Under the pieces are notes generated by a model. The model saw nothing but the letters and a program-made list of their open reading frames with translations. It did no database searches and had not been told where the DNA came from. Shown piece after piece: positions 57,829 to 64,000 of a stretch of DNA of 64,000 bases. Numbering within the stretch: the stretch's first letter is position 1; each line of letters starts with the position of its first letter. Position numbers and translations under genes: made by a program. The stretch lies in assembly GCA_003226295.1 (NCBI GenBank), contig CP029803.1, positions 736,211 to 800,210 on the forward strand. Reading direction: 5' to 3'. The stretch is from Candidatus Moanibacter tarae. Lineage in GTDB: Bacteria > Verrucomicrobiota > Verrucomicrobiia > Opitutales > UBA2987.

Positions 57829-58056
57829 CTATTCCTGTAGAGCCCCCAGAAATCGCTCAGAATAGGCTGTCTCTCGTATGAGCTGATCGTGAACGTTATG
57901 CCCAGCTTGGTATCCTAGTTGAGGAATCGCAATTGGTCTAGACGGATCTGGCCAGTAACCAAAAGAATTATAGGGAGTTTCACTTTGTTATTGTATACAT
58001 TCACCAGCAGGGATGGAAGATTGAAGGTCCGCTTCATCTGCAAATGATATTCCAGA
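57829..58056 (-). pseudogene. Possible decayed 3' fragment of a gene (no start codon, one in-frame TAA at 57988..57990)
   Basis: The minus-strand frame reads SGISFADEADLQSSIPAGECIQ*QSETPYNSFGYWPDPSRPIAIPQLGYQAGHNVHDQLIRETAYSERFLGALQE*. GC content is clearly higher than in neighbouring spacers. The ending G-x-x-x-G-H-N-x-x-D weakly resembles the C-terminus of M20/ArgE-type hydrolases. Confidence 0.25.
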
Positions 58057-58336
58057 CTAAAGAAAACTTATGATAGGAATTTTAATTTATAGGGCTATTC
58101 GAAATATTCTGAACGGAAGGATCTTTATCGTTAAATAGGTAAGGTTGTATGGATTAGCCTTTAATGTTCATATCCTTTCCGGATAGATATAATAGTTCTT
58201 GGTGCTTTAGAATTAAAACCTCCTATCTAAGTTTGTTCTGAAGTGATTCGGTTCCGACCTGAAACGATTGATTGCAGTTGGATTGCATTGAATAGCTACT
58301 TAGGTAGAACCAAATTTTACTGGAAACGATATAAGG

Positions 58337-59701
58337 ATGGAAATAGTTAACAAAGTTGAATGGAACGCTGTTCGAGAGGAAGTAACAAATCATCTCCAGG
58401 AACTGATTCGAATCGATACAACCAATCCACCTGGTAATGAGATTCGCTGTGCTGATTACATCGCAGGTGTTTTACAGAGCGAAGGAATTGAATACAAAGT
58501 AACCGAGTCAACGCCGGGGCGCGGAAATGTCACAGCACGCCTAGAAGGAGGCTGTAAGGCCCCCCTTATGCTCTTAGGTCATACAGACGTAGTTGCAGCC
58601 GAATCAGAGAAGTGGACTCATCCTCCATTCAGTGGTGAGCTAGTGGAGGGGGTTGTGTGGGGCCGAGGGGCTTTGGACATGAAGAATATGGTGGCAGCTG
58701 AATTAATGGTTTTTCTGCTCTTTAGAAGACTGGGGTTGTCTCTGAATCGTGACCTGATATATGCGGCAACCGCGGATGAAGAGGCTGGCAAAGGCAATCA
58801 TGGGATCGGTTGGTTGCTGGATAATTTCCCAGATCAGGTTGAAGCCCCATATGTGCTGACCGAAGGTGGTGGAAATGAGAGGAGAATTGGAAACACAAGT
58901 TTCTTCACAATACAAACGGGCCAGAAAGGAATTTGTCGTTTCCGATTGCATGCTAGAGGTCGTCCAGGGCATGGATCTGTGCCTCATCGTGATAATGCAG
59001 TAGTAAAGCTTTCAAGAGTTGTAGCGGCATTGGGGCAAACGATATTACCGATACATCCATCTCCAACGCTAAAGGCCTATATCGAAGGGATTGCTGAGCA
59101 TCAAAATGTGGAAGCAGCAGAGCGATTGAGAGCAATTTTGGATTCTGAGAAGAGTGAAAAGGCTTTATCTCAAGCGCCACTTCCAGAAACCGAGATCGCA
59201 TCATTAAATTCTCTCTTAAGAAACACAGTTTCTCCCACTATTATTGCAGCTGGAACCAAGATTAATGTGATCCCTGGCGACGCTGTAGCTTGGGTCGATG
59301 GCCGATTGGCTCCTGGACAGACAGAGGAAAGCTTTTTTGAAGAAATCTATCCTTTTCTGGGGAAAGATGTATTTGTAGAGGTAGACCAGTACTCTCCGCC
59401 CATTGAGGCGGAAATAGGCTCTGCTTTATACGAGACAATAGTATCAGTTATGGGCGAACATGTTCCAGAAGCGCGGATTATTCCCTCCATTATGACAGGA
59501 GGAACCGATGCGAAGCACATTATTCCCCGAAAGCCTGAAACGCAAGTACTCGGATTTATGCCATTACGCGAAATGTCGGGTAAAGATGAAGAAGCGAATC
59601 TAATTCATGGCCATAACGAACGTATTTCGGTGGAGAATCTCTTGTTTGCGACGAAGGTGCTATTTGATGTAGTTAAAAGCTTTTGCGGGGTAGCAAAATG
59701 A
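58337..59701 (+). CDS. M20/M25/M40 family metallohydrolase (peptidase or deacylase)
   Basis: LLGHTDVV, GRGALDMK, TADEEAG and HGHNERI motifs. Confidence 0.85.
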   Translation: MEIVNKVEWNAVREEVTNHLQELIRIDTTNPPGNEIRCADYIAGVLQSEGIEYKVTESTPGRGNVTARLEGGCKAPLMLLGHTDVVAAESEKWTHPPFSGELVEGVVWGRGALDMKNMVAAELMVFLLFRRLGLSLNRDLIYAATADEEAGKGNHGIGWLLDNFPDQVEAPYVLTEGGGNERRIGNTSFFTIQTGQKGICRFRLHARGRPGHGSVPHRDNAVVKLSRVVAALGQTILPIHPSPTLKAYIEGIAEHQNVEAAERLRAILDSEKSEKALSQAPLPETEIASLNSLLRNTVSPTIIAAGTKINVIPGDAVAWVDGRLAPGQTEESFFEEIYPFLGKDVFVEVDQYSPPIEAEIGSALYETIVSVMGEHVPEARIIPSIMTGGTDAKHIIPRKPETQVLGFMPLREMSGKDEEANLIHGHNERISVENLLFATKVLFDVVKSFCGVAK

Positions 59702-59884
59702 AATTTAGTTTTTATAAAGTTCAATTAGGAAAAGGAAACTACTGCGAACGGTGAAGCATAAAGAAAGTGCTACCCTCTAAATTAGAGTGATCATGAATTT
59801 CTTTCATTGTCATTGTTATCCATTCGAATTCGTGAAATTCTAGCGTGCCATACGGAGTAACGATTTTAATATAAAGGTATCACC

Positions 59885-60844
59885 ATGTCCACTCAACCAG
59901 GAAACAAAATCCAACAAAAACTAATTCGCGGTGCCGTCCCAGTTCTTTGTATGCCGTTCGAGGCTAATGGCGCTGTTGATGTTGATAGTTTACTCAGGGA
60001 GATTGATTTTTGTGTCGAGGCAGGTTCACAGGCGATTGCTTTTGGAAAGGGCAGTGAAAGCCCCGAGCTTACGGATCACGAGAGGAAGACGGTTTGGACT
60101 GCAGCATCGCGGCATCTTAATGGGCAACTGCCTCTGGTAGTGGCAACTGCGCATCCTAGTCATGAAGGAGTAATTGCTTTGACTCAATTAGCACTAGATT
60201 GCGGCGCTGATTGTGCTATGGTTGACCCGGATCAAAAAAAAGGAGAAGAGTTAATACGACTATTTCGGGAACTGGCGAGTAGGGTTGATCTTTCCATCAT
60301 GCTACAGGATGCAGGAGGAAATGCTCCGGTTCCGATCATGCTTCAGGCGGTTCGAGAGTCGCCAACCATAAATTGCATGAAGATCGAATGTCCGGGTACT
60401 CCCAATAAAATGGCTGAAGTAATCAACAGCCTTCGTGAGATCAAGATGAGTGACGGAGTAGGACGAACTGTGGATATCTTAGGAGGTGGAAACGGGAATC
60501 TATTGCTGGAAGAGTTAGATCGGGGATCGGTTGGAACATTACCTTATCCTGCCTTGATCGATGCATTTCGATCCGTTTGCGATCTTTATTCCTCGGGGAA
60601 TACCGGTGGGGCATGGGAATGCTATTTACAACAGATTCTTCCACTTAGTCGACTGGTGGCCTCTGGGGGTCCCATGGGAGGTGATATATGGATGCACAAG
60701 ACCATATTTGAGCGAGCTGGAATTCTCCGTACGAACGTATGTAGGAGAGAATCTCAGCCGCAACCAGCCTGGGTTGTGGAAAAAGTATGGGCACATTTGA
60801 AAGTCTCAGATCTCCTAATTAGTAAACTTTTGGCGGGCAAATAG
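59885..60844 (+). CDS. Dihydrodipicolinate synthase / N-acetylneuraminate lyase family class I aldolase-like protein
   Basis: GKGSESPELTDHER aligns with the GTTGES-x-LS-x-EE motif, and INCMKIE aligns with the Schiff-base Lys motif (I-x-G-I-K-E/D). 319 aa. Confidence 0.75.
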   Translation: MSTQPGNKIQQKLIRGAVPVLCMPFEANGAVDVDSLLREIDFCVEAGSQAIAFGKGSESPELTDHERKTVWTAASRHLNGQLPLVVATAHPSHEGVIALTQLALDCGADCAMVDPDQKKGEELIRLFRELASRVDLSIMLQDAGGNAPVPIMLQAVRESPTINCMKIECPGTPNKMAEVINSLREIKMSDGVGRTVDILGGGNGNLLLEELDRGSVGTLPYPALIDAFRSVCDLYSSGNTGGAWECYLQQILPLSRLVASGGPMGGDIWMHKTIFERAGILRTNVCRRESQPQPAWVVEKVWAHLKVSDLLISKLLAGK

Positions 60845-60942
60845 GCTTGTATAGCTTTGCCTGCCTTTTGGTACGCATCATCAAGATTCTCGGAATCACC
60901 ACTCAAAGCTAACAATGTTTCTGTAAGCCGGGCTTCTTAGGG

Positions 60943-62388
60943 CTACTTTAGGAGATCGACAAATTCTTCCCGCCCCCGTCTAAACAGATCTTTTACATCC
61001 TCACGCTGGCTATCGTTGCTGTAACGGCCATAGGAATCGATCCACTTGAGCGATTCGTCGATTCCACGAAGGAAATAATTTGCTGATTCATTTCGCTCTT
61101 CTGGTGGCTTGCCACAAACGAAATAGACGGGGCTACTATGAGCGTAGATGGACTGGTCAAAACTGTCCCGACTATCACCCCATAGCCTGGCTGCGATCCA
61201 CCCATCGCTGTCACTGGAGACATTATGACGTAGAATGCCTTTACGTTTACCTAAGGGATGGCTTTCACTGTGGATAACGGTACCGTTTTTAATGACCTCT
61301 ATTCGGTGCACGGGATAAAATGAATTATAGGTCACTGCAACTTCAAGTTGTCTGTTTTTGGCCAAGTCAATGGTAGTGCCCATCGGTTGATTATTTACTG
61401 CCAGATCGATGGCTGGACCATTGGTAATGAAGGTGTTGCCCGATTTCATGCCGCCGATCCAGTTTGCGTAAGAGAATTCTTCTTTCGTATTAACGTACAC
61501 ACGATTGTTGGAACAGACGAACCAGTCTGTTCCGGTAGATGCAGGAAGGGAGATGCCGCAATTGAGAAGTTTGTACCAGAGATCGTATTCCGGATCTAGC
61601 CAGAATGGATCAAAGAGGTTGAAGGCATCAAGTTTGCCCAGGACCGCAGCGATCGGAGCTTCCATGCCCCTCCCGTTATGACACCAGATGACGATTCCCC
61701 CTTGATCACGGGCTTCATCGCAGCAAAAGCATAATGGAGGATAATCAGGATCGAATTGTGAAGTGAGGATGTGCCCGCGGCTCACAGGTTGCACAATATT
61801 TCTTAGGTTAAGAAACATTACATGGCCGTAACCGAATCCCCAAGGTGAGTGGTCTCCGTAGTGTCGGTTCTCTTCCCCAATATCCAGCACATGGTGGGCT
61901 GTGGTGAACTCGTTCATGACACCGATTGGATATTTATTGCTTGCATATGGGAGTTGGCGACGGTCGAGGACGCTTACCACTGTGACATTATAACCCTCTA
62001 CGCTGCAGTCTACGGCCAGACGGTCGTCAGGCCGAGTCTCTTTTTCGTCGTAGTGGATGTGTGTATTGCCTGGGTACCAATTCCCTTCTTGGGGATGATG
62101 CCATCGCGTCAGAGATATTTCGACATCTTTACTTCCTTTTTCTGGCACCTCCACGATCAGACGAGATGGTTCATATTCCGTCCCTCTTTCGACCAGAATA
62201 TCAGTACGCCCCCGGGGAGTATTAACTTCAAACTCTCCGTCACAAAAGAAGAACTCAGTACCTGGGCCACGCTTGAGAAGGGCATCTTCTGGTTTGCAGA
62301 AAATTCCGGTGGAGGAGAGAACATGGACCTTCGCGTTTATTCTCTGGTTGGTCGTCGAATCGATTATTGTGCCGTGTAAAAGTCCCAT
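60943..62388 (-). CDS. CehA/McbA-type (PHP-like) metallohydrolase with an N-terminal carboxypeptidase-regulatory-like domain
   Basis: The N-terminal GTIIDSTTNQRINAKVHV beta-sandwich-like segment is followed by the GNTHIHYDE metal motif, then CHNGRG and GTDW clusters. Confidence 0.7.
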   Translation of the reverse strand: MGLLHGTIIDSTTNQRINAKVHVLSSTGIFCKPEDALLKRGPGTEFFFCDGEFEVNTPRGRTDILVERGTEYEPSRLIVEVPEKGSKDVEISLTRWHHPQEGNWYPGNTHIHYDEKETRPDDRLAVDCSVEGYNVTVVSVLDRRQLPYASNKYPIGVMNEFTTAHHVLDIGEENRHYGDHSPWGFGYGHVMFLNLRNIVQPVSRGHILTSQFDPDYPPLCFCCDEARDQGGIVIWCHNGRGMEAPIAAVLGKLDAFNLFDPFWLDPEYDLWYKLLNCGISLPASTGTDWFVCSNNRVYVNTKEEFSYANWIGGMKSGNTFITNGPAIDLAVNNQPMGTTIDLAKNRQLEVAVTYNSFYPVHRIEVIKNGTVIHSESHPLGKRKGILRHNVSSDSDGWIAARLWGDSRDSFDQSIYAHSSPVYFVCGKPPEERNESANYFLRGIDESLKWIDSYGRYSNDSQREDVKDLFRRGREEFVDLLK

Positions 62389-62769
62389 AAGTCATTCACT
62401 AGCAGAAAATTTCAAAAATCGGAATAGAATTCTGTATTTCCATTGATTTTTTATGTCGGTTGAAATCACCCGCTTCAGGTGGAATTATATTATGGCGATC
62501 TTTCATTTCAAAAGTGAGTAGGTTGCTAATTATTTTTAACAGACATCAGCAAAATATAAAATTGGAGTTCCTAAAACAGTGGATAACCAACAAAGAAACA
62601 TTAGTAAAACCAAATAGAAGTAAATCAATGCGGTTTGAATTCTCATTCAGAGGAAGTTGCTTTTCAGATTAATACGTTCTATTTTCTTTATAGGTAAAAT
62701 GGGATATGAATCTTTTCGAATACCCTTCTCGCTAGTCGGTAGAATTAAAACAACTCCAGGAGGTAGCCA

Positions 62770-63921
62770 GTGCCGAAGTACCGTACCGCAATTATAGCAA
62801 CAGGAATTATTGCGCGCGTTCATGCTCGTGGGTGGCTCGGGGTGCCGGAACGGCCAGTAGAGATTGCTACGATTGCCGATACTAATGCAGAGGCACTTCG
62901 GGAATTTGGTGACTTTTTCGAGGTTCGGGAAGATAAACGCTACAAGGACTATCGGGAGATGCTGGATGTAGAGAGGCCGGACTTTGTCGATGTCTGTTCT
63001 TGGCACCAATTACACGCAGAAATGGTAATCGCTGCCGCGGCTCGACGGCCCCGAGCGATTATTTGTCAGAAGCCTATGGCAGTAGATTTAAGAGAGGCAA
63101 ATGAGATGATGGTTGCCTGTGAGCGCAATCAGGTTCGGTTGGTCATCGCTTACCAGAGGCCACATCATGCTGTGTGGCTCAAGGCTAGGGAACTTCTGCG
63201 AGATGGAATCATTGGGAAAATCAATAGAATTGAGGTCGACGCCTCCGGAAATATGCTGAATACGAATTCACACAATATTCGGCTTGCGCTATTCCTCATG
63301 GATGAGCCTCAGGTCGAATGGGTGATGGGAACCGTGGAACGCATCACTGATTTGGTTGAGAGAGGTTTGCCAGCAGAAGATGCTTCCCTCGGGATAGCGG
63401 CTTGTAGTAACGGTGCTTCAATCCTGATTCACGGAAACCTTATTAAAGGTATTGGGCAAGGATGTCGCGTTTTTGGAACTGACGGGCTTATGGAATTAAG
63501 TACCTCATACCATCCGAATTCAAAGATTCCTTCTGATGCCCCTATGTATATGCCAGAAATGCCATCTGCCCGTTATAATTTTGAAATTGGAAAGGCGTGT
63601 TACATGAACGCCGCTTCGAATGGGTGGCGAGAGATTGAAGCGCCTTGGCACGATTGTTGGGCCCATCAATGCCAGGAGACAATCGATTGGGTTGAAAACA
63701 AGGTCGAAGAGCCAATCAGTAGCGGGGATCGGGGCCGATCGGTGCAGGAGGTTATGATGGCTCTTTATGAGTCTACGCGAAAAAGACAAAGGATTTACTT
63801 GCCGCTCAAGACGTTGATTAATCCTTTGAGGCTTATGGTGGAAAGTGGTGATCTTTCCGTAGAGTGGCCGGGGCTTCACGAAATACGGTCCGGGATTTTA
63901 CGGGGTGAAGACATGAAATAA
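62770..63921 (+). CDS. Gfo/Idh/MocA family oxidoreductase
   Basis: GTG start with AGGAGG 8 nt upstream. YRTAIIATGIIA and CQKPMAVDLREANEM motifs. Confidence 0.85.
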   Translation: MPKYRTAIIATGIIARVHARGWLGVPERPVEIATIADTNAEALREFGDFFEVREDKRYKDYREMLDVERPDFVDVCSWHQLHAEMVIAAAARRPRAIICQKPMAVDLREANEMMVACERNQVRLVIAYQRPHHAVWLKARELLRDGIIGKINRIEVDASGNMLNTNSHNIRLALFLMDEPQVEWVMGTVERITDLVERGLPAEDASLGIAACSNGASILIHGNLIKGIGQGCRVFGTDGLMELSTSYHPNSKIPSDAPMYMPEMPSARYNFEIGKACYMNAASNGWREIEAPWHDCWAHQCQETIDWVENKVEEPISSGDRGRSVQEVMMALYESTRKRQRIYLPLKTLINPLRLMVESGDLSVEWPGLHEIRSGILRGEDMK

Positions 63922-64000
63922 TGTGCAGATTACTCCATATTATAAGTTTTCGCTGAAAGTTGATAATAGTTTCCAAAGGTTTTTGACACGGGGAATCAGG

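Noticed and set aside
1-64000. A search for CRISPR arrays, tRNA, rRNA or tmRNA genes, prophage or integrase genes, and toxin-antitoxin or defence modules.
   Set aside because: I saw no short periodic direct repeats, no cloverleaf-like conserved tRNA ends in the spacers I read, and no ORF with integrase, transposase, nuclease-helicase or toxin-type motifs. This was by-eye scanning only, so small RNAs cannot be excluded.

Overview
This 64-kb window is about 85% coding. I call 49 CDS from the supplied ORF track and find no rRNA, tRNA, CRISPR array, transposase, integrase or phage gene. It reads as a cytoplasmic sugar and sugar-acid catabolic island. The gene families and the long AT-rich spacers suggest a marine PVC-type heterotroph (Verrucomicrobia, Planctomycetes or Lentisphaerae), but that is only a guess. 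Three families supply 23 of the 49 genes: 9 enolase-superfamily (MR/MLE) enzymes, 8 Gfo/Idh/MocA oxidoreductases and 6 PhyH-type Fe(II)/2-oxoglutarate dioxygenases. The remaining genes include a GH32-like protein, a GH95-like protein, a short UxuA-like protein and two PHP/CehA-type metallohydrolases. There are also HpcH- and DapA-type aldolases, an LLM flavoenzyme, an aldo/keto reductase, a 2-hydroxyacid dehydrogenase and two MFS transporters. A nitrogen-handling set comprises an amidase, a PLP enzyme of the ACC-deaminase family and an M20 hydrolase. An msrB-msrA pair carries signal peptides, and several large proteins have no assignable function. I recognised no transcriptional regulator, no kinase and no ABC, TRAP or TonB transporter. 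The main observations are: (1) a near-perfect 1201-bp tandem duplication of a complete enolase gene, with all 7 differences in the 5' ~100 bp; (2) a recurring Gfo/Idh/MocA -> PhyH gene pair, once with only 6 nt between the genes; (3) a GH32-like protein with Ala at the invariant catalytic Glu of the EC motif; (4) operon-like modules that join uncharacterised large proteins to oxidoreductases; (5) a probable decayed gene remnant with two stable stem-loops in the largest intergenic gap. All family calls rest on motifs read by eye from the translations. No database search was run.
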